The notes: generated by a model not told the origin, from the letters alone. Shown: positions 8,313 to 16,953, numbered from the stretch's first letter. The stretch is 32,298 nt of DNA from a virus (IMGVR_UViG_3300008266_000827:1-32298), one strand, 5' to 3'. Made by a program: numbers and translations.

Positions 8313-9740
8313 TTAAGAATCAACCTCTTTATCGTAATCCATTGGATTATATTCGGACTTTAGTCGAATAGGTTTTTTCATAAGCATTTGATCAAAAGAT
8401 CCTGCAGCCTCATCCAAAGCAAATGTGAGGCACAGAGCGTCGGCAAGATCCGGCGAATAACCAAGCCGCTCTTTGATAAGGTCCTTTGATTCAAGCTGAA
8501 ACTTCCCATTCTGAAATGTGTACTGAGGGGCAGTGAGTTCACGAGCAAGCTCTGGCATATTAGGAAGTGCGCCTCCTCGCTTGATCCATTCAGCCATCTT
8601 AAACCACATCTCGCTGCGTTTGTTAAAGTATGCTGGATCTGTAGCCTTACCAGAGAAGTGAATCTCTAATGGCGAACCTCCGGCTTGAATTAATTGATCA
8701 ACAACCCCGGACCCATAACCTCCAGTGCCGTCAATGAATTCAATTTCAGACTCCCATTTAATTTTAGCTTGCATGACTCTGGCTGCTATTTCTTGAGTCC
8801 TTGCACCTTGCATGATGGCTGGCTTGAATGCCCTTAATCCTTGGCGCGGGAATATAACAGTGCGATCACTCCCGAATCTTGATACGTCCACACCGATTCT
8901 CTTCTGAGACCACATGAAATCCTTTTCATGGTACTCGCGCTGCATGGCCATTGAGACCTCATGCGGACCAAGCAATGAGTTAATAGATGAAGGTGGAAAC
9001 CTACCTAAGACGTTTACGATATACCATGGAGAGTCTGCGCCGTACTTATCACGCTGCTCTTTAGCCCACTGAAGAGACACCCTCGTTGAGCGTTTAGGAT
9101 TATCAGGATCAGATGTGATCTCAGTCACATGCCATAAGTGCCGCTCGTTTGTTGCAGCCCTATATAATGGACCTTCAAGATGCGTAGGATTTCCAGCCAT
9201 GATGATCTTGGTCTCTATACCAGATGCAAGACCTGCCTCAGCTGCAGCCATTACGCCGTCCGGTATGCCCCCGACTTCATCCAAGACAAAGAGAACAAAG
9301 TCAGCATGAATACCTGCAAGGCTGTCCGCTTGTGAGTTTGAATCGCCAGATCTGGACCATGTACGCGCCGACATATACCAAGTCTCTGGATGATCCTTAG
9401 AGAATATCCGAGTCTTGGTCCATTCGAACTGAGCCTTAAGCAGTGGAGATTTATTCAGCCAGTTGGCCATCTCAGTCCATAGACCATCGGCTAAGTTGTC
9501 ATAGGATATCGAGGTCGCAACAATCTTGGGATGAGGTCGAGTGAGTAAGAAGTTCCACGCGCACCATGATAATAGGGCTGTCTTGCCTGTCCCTTTTGAG
9601 GACTGCATGGCAAGGCGCTGATTCTTTGGGAACGCAGCAAGCACATCACACTGCCAAGGATCTGGCTCAACGCCAAAAACCTCACGCACAAATGAGATTG
9701 GATCTTGTCTCCATTTAGTTAATACCGCTGTTGAGTTCAT
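8313..9740 (-). CDS. terL: Terminase large subunit
   Basis: PDPWQ, Walker A SSKGTGKT, Walker B FVLDEVGG, motif III AGNP, and nuclease motifs IGVDVSRFGSD, IDGTGGYG and SPDLADAL. Confidence 0.93.
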   Translation of the reverse strand: MNSTAVLTKWRQDPISFVREVFGVEPDPWQCDVLAAFPKNQRLAMQSSKGTGKTALLSWCAWNFLLTRPHPKIVATSISYDNLADGLWTEMANWLNKSPLLKAQFEWTKTRIFSKDHPETWYMSARTWSRSGDSNSQADSLAGIHADFVLFVLDEVGGIPDGVMAAAEAGLASGIETKIIMAGNPTHLEGPLYRAATNERHLWHVTEITSDPDNPKRSTRVSLQWAKEQRDKYGADSPWYIVNVLGRFPPSSINSLLGPHEVSMAMQREYHEKDFMWSQKRIGVDVSRFGSDRTVIFPRQGLRAFKPAIMQGARTQEIAARVMQAKIKWESEIEFIDGTGGYGSGVVDQLIQAGGSPLEIHFSGKATDPAYFNKRSEMWFKMAEWIKRGGALPNMPELARELTAPQYTFQNGKFQLESKDLIKERLGYSPDLADALCLTFALDEAAGSFDQMLMKKPIRLKSEYNPMDYDKEVDS

Positions 9741-9877
9741 TACTTAGATTTTTTTTTGGTCTTTCCTGCTTTTGATAAAGCTATGGCTATGGCTTGTTTT
9801 TGAGGCACACCCTCTTTAATTTGTTTTCTTATATTAGATGAAACTGTTTTCTTTGATGTTCCTTTTTTTAAAGGCAT
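9740..9877 (-). CDS. Small basic protein, DUF6496-like
   Basis: Likely start ATG 9877 with an AAGGAAG RBS: [45 protein letters not shown]. Has the KQAIAIALS motif and a TAATG overlap with terL. Confidence 0.7.
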   Translation of the reverse strand: MPLKKGTSKKTVSSNIRKQIKEGVPQKQAIAIALSKAGKTKKKSK

Positions 9878-9896
9878 AAGACTTCCTTGTTTTTGG

Positions 9897-10430
9897 TTAC
9901 TCTTTAGTTTTTTGCGTATCCATAATAAGATCGTCAAGAGTTACCTTACCAGTATGCTCGACCTGCTCAGTCAAGAGCTTCAGGTTCTTGGCCTGCATCT
10001 CAATGGCCTTAACTTTATCGATGAACTTAATCTTTTTCATGAAGCCAGTTTGAATGCGCTCTTGGCCTTTGCCTTCGAACATGTCGGCGACATCGACTCC
10101 GACAACAGCTTTAGCTATTTCATCGGGCCATTCTTTTGGCGGCAGCACTGAGCCATCATCGGCCAGGATCTTTCTGATATCGAAGAACGAGAGCTCTCTG
10201 ATCTCTTTCAAGATTCTTTCACGCGCCCATTCTTTGCGGTCCTCAAGAGCTTTATTATAAAGGTCAAGCTTTAACGCATCTTGCTCTATCCATTTCTTAA
10301 TGGTCGTGTATCGAATGCGATGCAGAGCAGCAACATCAATTAATGATCCGCCTTCAGCAACAAATATACAAATTTTGTTTATCATATCTGGATCTGAAAA
10401 GAAGTCGTACTCGCGCTCGATTTGATTCAT
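9897..10430 (-). CDS. terS: Terminase small subunit
   Basis: N-terminal HTH ([11 protein letters not shown]...TIKKW), C-terminal LSFFDIRKI...EWPDE...[12 protein letters not shown] and VEHTG; lies upstream of terL. Confidence 0.8.
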   Translation of the reverse strand: MNQIEREYDFFSDPDMINKICIFVAEGGSLIDVAALHRIRYTTIKKWIEQDALKLDLYNKALEDRKEWARERILKEIRELSFFDIRKILADDGSVLPPKEWPDEIAKAVVGVDVADMFEGKGQERIQTGFMKKIKFIDKVKAIEMQAKNLKLLTEQVEHTGKVTLDDLIMDTQKTKE

Positions 10431-10436
10431 CCAAAA

Positions 10437-10464
10437 ATTGTATCAAGGTGAGTCAAAAATTCAA
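10437..10464 (-). promoter_or_regulatory. Putative sigma70-type promoter for a leaderless terS transcript
   Basis: The minus strand reads TTGAAT-N16-TACAAT with an extended TGn, and the -10 ends 6 nt before the terS ATG. No SD is present. Confidence 0.45.
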
Positions 10465-10476
10465 GGTTCAAAAAAA

Positions 10477-10767
10477 CGGTCACGGATGGTCACACTAGTC
10501 ACACATAAAATCCATATAGGAATAAAATACGAGAATGCATGTGCAGTAACCGGCTTTATGGCGTGAGCACCGTGTTAGCGTGGGGCGTTATACAGCACTA
10601 GTAAATAAATTCTTAAATCTTATAATTTATGTGTGACTATCTGTGACTCCGTGACCATACTATAAAATCAACTACTTAACGCACCGTAGTTATCCGTGAC
10701 CTATGTGTGACCTATGTGTGACCTTTTAAAATTTGGTCACGGATCGGTCACGGATCGGTCACACATA
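10477..10767. repeat. Iteron array, putative replication origin
   Basis: 12 GTCAC/GTGAC cores in four triads: 10479/10489/10498 (GTCAC), 10633/10643/10651 (GTGAC), 10696/10707/10718 (GTGAC) and 10736/10747/10758 (GTCAC). Lies just downstream of the primase-helicase. Confidence 0.8.
10666..10678 (+). promoter_or_regulatory. IHF consensus site
   Basis: AATCAACTACTTA matches WATCAANNNNTTR exactly, between iteron triads 2 and 3. Confidence 0.55.
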
Positions 10768-10793
10768 CAGTTTTTTCAGAAACATGCCGATAA
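10766..10793 (+). promoter_or_regulatory. sigma28/FliA-like promoter
   Basis: TACAGTTT-N12-GCCGATAA, against the consensus TAAAGTTT-N11-GCCGATAA. An ATG follows 7 nt downstream. Confidence 0.55.
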
Positions 10794-10800
10794 ATTAAGC

Positions 10801-11031
10801 ATGAGACTAATTAACACACTGTGGTATTCGTACATAATCCAGGCCGCTGACAAGAGTAAGCGTGGACCAATTTGGGAAATAACATCACTCAAAAATGAAT
10901 CTGATGAAGATAAACAAATTATATTGAGTCGATTAAATAGCTTGGCAAAGTCAGAATTCTATATTAATTCTGAAGGTTGGCTTTATTCTAAGAATTATCT
11001 GTTTCATCAGAAATCTGAGTCCACACCCTAA
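10801..11031 (+). CDS. Hypothetical 76-aa protein, antisense, probably leaderless
   Basis: MRLINTLWYSY...; the start is supported by the FliA-like box and by the same geometry at 20163. The 3' end overlaps the primase end by 44 nt. Confidence 0.45.
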   Translation: MRLINTLWYSYIIQAADKSKRGPIWEITSLKNESDEDKQIILSRLNSLAKSEFYINSEGWLYSKNYLFHQKSESTP

Positions 11032-13243
11032 TAACTTTCTTGTCTGTATTTTTAATAAACCTCTGCTCATATCCCAAAGCCTTAAGAGATTTCGATATAG
11101 ATTTCTGAGCCCTAATATCAAGCCTTGATGGATCACCTTGAAGGCCATCTATCCATACATCAGTTGTTGAGAATCTTTCTTTGCGGCCCTCCCATGGCTT
11201 CATAGGATTGCCAGTCTCAAGCCATTTAATTATTAACTCCTCGTATGGATCTTGCTCGCGTCTAGCCTCTTGCTCTTCTTTCGCCTGATCAGGCACCTCA
11301 TGCCATGTGCATCCTTGTTCATACAGCCATAGAGCCTCAGCAAATAACTGATCACGGTTATCCTTTATGTATTCAATGTCACAGACTTTAACTCTGATCG
11401 GCCAAAACCTTCGACCTCCAGTTTCATCTTGCAAGTATTTATCTTTATTTGTGGTGCCGACAAAGACGCACGTCCTTGGAATATCCACAACTGATCTGCC
11501 ATATGATGGCCTGTAGGTATCAACCGAACAGCTTAGTTTTTTCTTAATTAAGGTCGAGTCTGATTTCCTGAACTGATCAAGCTCACCGAACTCGACTATC
11601 ATTCTACCGACAAGACCTTGCTCGAAGTCCTTTGAATCAAGGGATGAGTTAGCCTCAGCGAACCAGTCACCTGCTAGGATCTTTAATGATGTGGATTTAA
11701 ACGTCCCTTGGCCGCCCTCAAGTATGACCATCGTATCAACCTTGCAACCTGGATTCATGACCCTTGCAACAATAGAGATAAAGAAGTTTCTTGATACAGC
11801 TCTTGCATAATCTGAATCCTCAGCGCCCATCGCCTCTTGAAAGAACATCTGAACCCTTGGCGTTTGATCCCATCTGTGAGAGGTGATGTATTCCTTCACT
11901 TCGTTTCTTGGATTCTGATAGGCAGCTATTTGTATTGCATCCCAGACGGTATCCTTTTTTAAGGTCGTGAGCTCATAGAACCCTTGAAGTCTTGCCGTGA
12001 TCTGAAGCCATGAGATGTCATTAAGAGGACGGCGCTCGCCATTCCAGTCCATAAAAACTCTGTGATGAAAGGTATCAAACCAGATGTGAGATTTGAACTC
12101 ATCCATGTAACATAATATTTTTGCGATATTATCTGAAGAGATGGCGACCTTTCCGGTTTTCTCATTCAGCTTAAGGCCTGCTTCGATGTACATTAAAGTC
12201 AGATTTCTTGAGACCTTAACCTCAGTCTCAGATGCCTGCTCGTTTGGATTGCTTGGTTTTGCAGGCTCAGGATCTAGGACCTCAACGTTTGAATAGGTCT
12301 GAGGTTTTGTAATAGTTCGAACTAAAGGCTTAGCCCATGAGATAAGGCCCGCATGATCCATACCCTCTGATAAGGCATCAGCTGCATCCCAGCCGTCCGA
12401 TTTATCCGTATCAATGATTTTAACTTCGGCGCAATGATCGGCTAACAGAGAGGCGATATAGGCCATTGCCTTAATCCCTGCATCATCAGCGTCGGGCCAT
12501 AGGAGTATCTTGCGGCCATAGACAGATGTGAAATCAGCCTTAGATGCAGACTGAGATCCATTCGGCCAGGTCGTTGCTACATAGGCCGACGTGATTTTCA
12601 TAGCAGCGTCTGCAGCCTTTTCCCCCTCGCAAATAAGAATAGGTTTGTCAGGATTTTTAAGAATTAAATCTAAGTTATATATAGGCCTTGGACTAGGCCA
12701 TGCTCTTTGTACCCACCGGCCTGAGGTATCATAGCTGAAAGGCTTAAACTCCTTAGATCCATCGGGTAAATTGTACCTATAAATGTAGAATAGAGGATCA
12801 CCTTGACCATCCCTGTAGCACCATGTATGACTCGGCCCAGATCCTAAATGGATTTGTTGTGGAGGGGCCGCGTTTGGTGGTGGTTTTATCAAAGCGGTCT
12901 TCTCTTTTTTAACGACCGGATAATTTAACTGCGGTCTAGGTTTATCACCAAGATATTTTTCCTTAAGTTCTCTGGCGGCCTGTCCGTTATTTAAGTTCTT
13001 ACATTTTGCATAGTAAGAAATAATATCATGCCCTCTCTGGTTCGCATCAGCAAAGTCTGCCCACTTGCCAGAGGTTAAGTTAATTCTAAATGAGGTTCCT
13101 TTGCCGCCGAGGATACTTGCTGCAACGTACTCATTCCCCTTGATCTCGCCGCCTGGACATAGATCAAAGACAATAGAATTTATATGAGGACGCAGCTGTT
13201 CTGCGATCGCTTTAAAATCAAAGTTCTGATTTTGGTTTGTCAT
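10988..13243 (-). CDS. Toprim primase fused to a VapE/VirE-type helicase
   Basis: N-terminal GKWADF domain; Toprim ILICEGEKAADA and LLWPDADDAG; VapE-type KVDTMVILEGGQGTFKS, YRPSYGR, FVGTTN and GGRRFWPI. Confidence 0.9.
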   Translation of the reverse strand: MTNQNQNFDFKAIAEQLRPHINSIVFDLCPGGEIKGNEYVAASILGGKGTSFRINLTSGKWADFADANQRGHDIISYYAKCKNLNNGQAARELKEKYLGDKPRPQLNYPVVKKEKTALIKPPPNAAPPQQIHLGSGPSHTWCYRDGQGDPLFYIYRYNLPDGSKEFKPFSYDTSGRWVQRAWPSPRPIYNLDLILKNPDKPILICEGEKAADAAMKITSAYVATTWPNGSQSASKADFTSVYGRKILLWPDADDAGIKAMAYIASLLADHCAEVKIIDTDKSDGWDAADALSEGMDHAGLISWAKPLVRTITKPQTYSNVEVLDPEPAKPSNPNEQASETEVKVSRNLTLMYIEAGLKLNEKTGKVAISSDNIAKILCYMDEFKSHIWFDTFHHRVFMDWNGERRPLNDISWLQITARLQGFYELTTLKKDTVWDAIQIAAYQNPRNEVKEYITSHRWDQTPRVQMFFQEAMGAEDSDYARAVSRNFFISIVARVMNPGCKVDTMVILEGGQGTFKSTSLKILAGDWFAEANSSLDSKDFEQGLVGRMIVEFGELDQFRKSDSTLIKKKLSCSVDTYRPSYGRSVVDIPRTCVFVGTTNKDKYLQDETGGRRFWPIRVKVCDIEYIKDNRDQLFAEALWLYEQGCTWHEVPDQAKEEQEARREQDPYEELIIKWLETGNPMKPWEGRKERFSTTDVWIDGLQGDPSRLDIRAQKSISKSLKALGYEQRFIKNTDKKVIRVWTQISDETDNS

Positions 13244-13655
13244 TTATCGTCTCTGCTCGTTGTTCATTTAAATCATCCAATGAATAAATAATCTTCCCGA
13301 TGCCGCCAGCTTTTTGAACGGCATTGATAAACGCGATCTGCTCAGGGCTCGCTTTAAACCCTAGAGTCTTGCATTCGATAGCTGTAAAGACTGCGACCTT
13401 AGTACCGACCATGTCTGGAGTAATTGTTTTCGTCGTCCAGCCAATAAGATCGGAGCTCCCTTTACAAAGGCCAGCATGAAGAGGACGTGCGTTTTTTATA
13501 ATGACATCTTGAGGTGTGATTCTCACTGAGGTTTCCATCGGAGGCTTAAAGAATTTATTTCCTACCCAGCCAAAACCAGTGTTTTGTCTAAAGATCCTGT
13601 TTCCTGTTTCAGTAAAGTAATACTGAACAAGGTTGATAAGTTCTTTTTCGCTCAT
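13218..13655 (-). CDS. VRR-NUC domain nuclease
   Basis: IFRQNTG, GLCKGSSDLIG, FTAIECKT and EQIAFINAVQKAGGIG. Confidence 0.88.
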   Translation of the reverse strand: MSEKELINLVQYYFTETGNRIFRQNTGFGWVGNKFFKPPMETSVRITPQDVIIKNARPLHAGLCKGSSDLIGWTTKTITPDMVGTKVAVFTAIECKTLGFKASPEQIAFINAVQKAGGIGKIIYSLDDLNEQRAETINDKPKSEL

Positions 13656-13972
13656 AAAGAAGCCTCGTAATCACGAATGTTGCCAAGCAAATCTTCAGCA
13701 AATCTAATTTCTGATTCACTCACAGTGCCAGATATTACAGCTGTCAAAAAGGATCTCATTGAAGGAGGATAATTTTTTAAACCCCGTAAGCTTAAAGCTT
13801 TTATAATCAAAGGCTTTCGAAGATTTTCATAGGCGACCTGTCCTAAAGTATTATCGTCACCTTTATACCCGGCCAATCTAGCGGCTTCAGTTCCATTACC
13901 CTCATAAAAATTAACAAAGAGCTGTTGTTTTACAGTCAGCCCGATCTTATTTACAGACACACTAGCCCCCAA
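13652..13972 (-). CDS. Protein carrying the N-terminal HTH of the Terminase_2 small-terminase family
   Basis: LTVKQQLFVNFYEGNGTEAARLAGY...AYENLRKPLI. An in-frame GTG at 13960 behind GGGGG is a possible true start. Confidence 0.65.
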   Translation of the reverse strand: MGASVSVNKIGLTVKQQLFVNFYEGNGTEAARLAGYKGDDNTLGQVAYENLRKPLIIKALSLRGLKNYPPSMRSFLTAVISGTVSESEIRFAEDLLGNIRDYEASL

Positions 13973-13983
13973 CTAAAGAGATG

Positions 13984-15369
13984 TTATTTATTTAATTTCT
14001 TGCGCTGCCTTGATTGCATCACATGATGAGCCCATCTGTGAGGATGGCTGTAACCACGAGATATTCCGAGTGCGACAAGTTCATCTTTAGTTTTGGCCTT
14101 GGCCCTGTCTACATCTATTTTTGTTTTTCTGAACTGCGTCTTGTCGATTTCTTTTAATTCAGTCGCGTCAAATTCTGGCAAAGCATTTTGAGTTTGTTCC
14201 TTAATGAAGCTATGCCCACATTCTTTGCACGTCTTTGCAAGCGATGGCATCGCGGCAAAACAAACAGGGCATACCTTTACAGATCCAATATCATCTTTTG
14301 GTTTTTTCTTAACGCCATCAAGTGACCACTCCCTATGATCATCGGGTAGCCCATGCTTTTTAAACAATCCTACATGATCTAAGTAAATGATATGATCTTT
14401 ACCTGGATGTGGACGAAGGCCTCGGCCCATCATTTGAATAGCAAGAGATGTTGACTGAGTAGGTCTTAGAAAAGTAATACACTCAATCGCAGGGATATCT
14501 AGACCAGTTGTTACAAGATCAACAGAAGTTAAAATCTTAAGTGATCCTGCTTCAAATCTTGCCAGGGATTCTTTTCGATCCGACCTATCTGTCTTTCCAT
14601 CTATGTGCTCCGCATAAATACCTTCAGATATAAAAAAATCGCGAACAAATATTGAGTGCTCAACCGATGCACAGAAAACAAGATTCCTTTTTCCACTACA
14701 TTTTGTTTTATATTCAGCAACAGCGTTGCCAGTGATTGATTTATCCATCATCTTTTCTTCAATATCTGACTTTACATAATCACCCATCCTAACTTTCAGG
14801 CTTGAAGAGTCGAATTCTCTTGGCGCAAAAGCCCTGTAGTCACAAAGAAATCCATTTTGAATTAACCATGAAACATCAGGACCATTAACCATATGAGTAG
14901 CGAACAGCCTAAATCCTTGCCCATCTAGCCGGCAGGGAGTAGCCGACATTATAATGTGATACGCGCTATGGAAGTACTCATAAACAGTGGCCCATGTTCG
15001 AGCTTGTATTGAATGTCCCTCATCCCAAAAAATTAAATCGGGCCGAGGTAATTCTGCAAATCGTCTATACAAAGTTTGAATAGAACATATCTGAATAAGG
15101 CAGTTTTTATCTTGAGTAAATCCTGCTGCAATAAATCCAAAAGATAAACCAATCTTATCTAAAGCCCTGGCTGTTTGAAGAACAAGCTCAACTCGATTAC
15201 AAATAAACCAACATCTTGTTTTTTTTAATGAAGCAAGACGAATCATCTCTGCAGCAATGGCAGTTTTTCCAGACCCAGTGACGCTCTGAAGAATTATAGC
15301 GCGATGTCCTTCGCGCATTGATTGCTTAATCTCTTCAATTATTTTTATTTGATAATCTCTTAAGACCAA
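13984..15369 (-). CDS. SF2 DEAD/DEAH-like helicase with a C-terminal Zn finger
   Basis: LRDYQ, TGSGKT, DEGH, MSATP, QMMGRGLR and CPVC...CKEC; TTG start. Confidence 0.92.
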   Translation of the reverse strand: MVLRDYQIKIIEEIKQSMREGHRAIILQSVTGSGKTAIAAEMIRLASLKKTRCWFICNRVELVLQTARALDKIGLSFGFIAAGFTQDKNCLIQICSIQTLYRRFAELPRPDLIFWDEGHSIQARTWATVYEYFHSAYHIIMSATPCRLDGQGFRLFATHMVNGPDVSWLIQNGFLCDYRAFAPREFDSSSLKVRMGDYVKSDIEEKMMDKSITGNAVAEYKTKCSGKRNLVFCASVEHSIFVRDFFISEGIYAEHIDGKTDRSDRKESLARFEAGSLKILTSVDLVTTGLDIPAIECITFLRPTQSTSLAIQMMGRGLRPHPGKDHIIYLDHVGLFKKHGLPDDHREWSLDGVKKKPKDDIGSVKVCPVCFAAMPSLAKTCKECGHSFIKEQTQNALPEFDATELKEIDKTQFRKTKIDVDRAKAKTKDELVALGISRGYSHPHRWAHHVMQSRQRKKLNK

Positions 15370-15823
15370 ATTGATTTCTTCCGATCACAGGTTCAACGTT
15401 AATTATATCTTCAATTGTCCATCCATAGCGAAACCGTGATCTTGCCGCGTAGTATTTAATATTATGCTCTTCGCAAAAGTGAGATAAGGATCTGTACTCT
15501 TTCCCATTATAAAAAATCTTTTTGCATTTTCTAGTATTCTTTCCTTGATCTTCCATTAAAATAAATCTGCAATTTTCTGGGTAATAGTTTTTGTTTGAGT
15601 CAATCCTATCTATAGACAGACCCTTTCTATAACCGCTCAAAATTGCCCAGTTGTAAAAAGCTTCAAAACTTTCAAGCCATTCTTTACATACAGAAATGCC
15701 GCGATCACCATAGAACCTATAGTCCTTTGATCTTTTGTCGTAGCATCTGTATTTCATTTTATGAAGAACGTCGTAAAGTCTTGTAGAATCAGGACTGAAG
15801 TTTTTCTTCATGCTTAGCTTCAT
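15335..15823 (-). CDS. HNH-like homing endonuclease with a C-terminal DNA-binding domain
   Basis: MKYRCY...YGDRGISVCKEW...LSIDRIDSNKNYYPENCRF...Q..N, followed by IFYNGKEYRSL...RFRYGWTIE. Confidence 0.8.
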   Translation of the reverse strand: MKLSMKKNFSPDSTRLYDVLHKMKYRCYDKRSKDYRFYGDRGISVCKEWLESFEAFYNWAILSGYRKGLSIDRIDSNKNYYPENCRFILMEDQGKNTRKCKKIFYNGKEYRSLSHFCEEHNIKYYAARSRFRYGWTIEDIINVEPVIGRNQFGLKRLSNKNN

Positions 15824-15890
15824 CGGTTTTCAATACAGTGAGAGTCGATGGGCGAACCTGCTTCATAATAAAATCATGAGCAAAGATAGA

Positions 15891-15998
15891 TCATTGAACA
15901 AACTTATCGATGTCCTCACGCTTAATCGTAGTCTCTTGTGATGTCATTACATAATGGCCAGCTGCTAGATTTCTAAAGTCGTCTCGCTTAATTTCCAT
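15891..15998 (-). CDS. Small ORF coupled to recT (35 aa, or 69 codons if an internal TGA is bypassed)
   Basis: TGATG overlap with the recT stop: MEIKRDDFRNLAAGHYVMTSQETTIKREDIDKFVQ. The frame stays open to 15789 after the TGA. Confidence 0.4.
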   Translation of the reverse strand: MEIKRDDFRNLAAGHYVMTSQETTIKREDIDKFVQ

Positions 15999-16888
15999 CA
16001 TAAAGGTATCTCTCCGTTATCCGCACCTGGCGCATGGTTAAATGGTTTTTGTTTAATGTGTGGTAAGTCTTTGGCTCTTGCTTTAACTTCGTCATCATCG
16101 ACGATGACCTCAGCTTCAGTCTCAACTTGATTGCCAATGAGTTTTTCTAACCTTGATGTAGGCTGAACAGTTTTTTCTTGAGGCACTTGTTCTTCTTGCT
16201 GCATCTCTGGAGTTAAATCATAAGTCTCATCGTCTGCTCTTAATGCGCCGTCAAGATCTGTGGAAACAGGGAGGCGTTTAATCAATCGTCTGAGTGCAGT
16301 TTTCTTATACATCTCATGCTTAAATGCTCCAGCCCATGGACCTTTGTCTTTAGATCTTGATACGTTTTTAACCGCATTGATCTCATCCATAGTTAGGACT
16401 TCAATATAGACTGCATTATCTTTTGTCTTGGCCAGTGCGTAACAGCCTATGACTTGGCCTCGATCAATGAACATGTTCGGCTCATGATTTAAATGCTCAC
16501 CGTCTGAATCCACCCAGTACTTGAACTTGTCTTTTTCATAAATGATTTGAGACGTGATGGATGAGAGCTCGCCAGAGTTTCTCACAAGCTTAAGTAATCC
16601 GCTGAGCATAGGCATATACTGAACCTGTATAGTATCGTCCTTACGTTTAAACGTAACGAGTGCTGCCTCTTTACCGTCAAGCTGTAGGCCCTGGCTTGCG
16701 GCCTTCATGCATGCAGCAAAGAGAGAGTTTCGATCTGCTTGGACAATATCTGGCGTTTGTTGAATGGCAGTTAGAACTGTTCGGATAAACCTATCAGTTG
16801 AAACATGTGAAGGGAGGGCCATTTTAAATTGAGACTCGAGAGCTTTAATTGAATGCTTAAGCGATTCAATCGGCGTGATGTTAGACAT
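15998..16888 (-). CDS. recT: RecT family single-strand annealing recombinase
   Basis: ALPSHVSTDRFIR, SLFAACMKAASQGL, GLLKLVRNSGE and GPW...EMYKKTALRRLIKRLPVS. ATG at 16888 with an AGGAG RBS. Confidence 0.92.
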   Translation of the reverse strand: MSNITPIESLKHSIKALESQFKMALPSHVSTDRFIRTVLTAIQQTPDIVQADRNSLFAACMKAASQGLQLDGKEAALVTFKRKDDTIQVQYMPMLSGLLKLVRNSGELSSITSQIIYEKDKFKYWVDSDGEHLNHEPNMFIDRGQVIGCYALAKTKDNAVYIEVLTMDEINAVKNVSRSKDKGPWAGAFKHEMYKKTALRRLIKRLPVSTDLDGALRADDETYDLTPEMQQEEQVPQEKTVQPTSRLEKLIGNQVETEAEVIVDDDEVKARAKDLPHIKQKPFNHAPGADNGEIPL

Positions 16889-16890
16889 TT

Positions 16891-16953
16891 TCAACTCCTA
16901 AATGTTAGACTTGTTGCTTAATAACTATTGCCCTAGGCCAAAGATGTAATCAA
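16891..16953 (-). promoter_or_regulatory. Leader/promoter element shared with the YqaJ gene
   Basis: TTGATT-N30-GCAACAA-N5-ACATTTAGGAGTTGA; the 15-mer is identical at 20061-20075. Confidence 0.6.

Noticed and set aside
10714-10800. N-terminal extension of the plus-strand ORF from ATG 10714
   Set aside because: This ATG lies within the iteron repeats. ATG 10801 fits the promoter geometry shared with 20163.
15891-15893. Genome-wide TGA recoding
   Set aside because: Many genes end in TGA with ATGA/TGATG coupling (recT, YqaJ, csrA-like), and the long genes are intact in the standard code.
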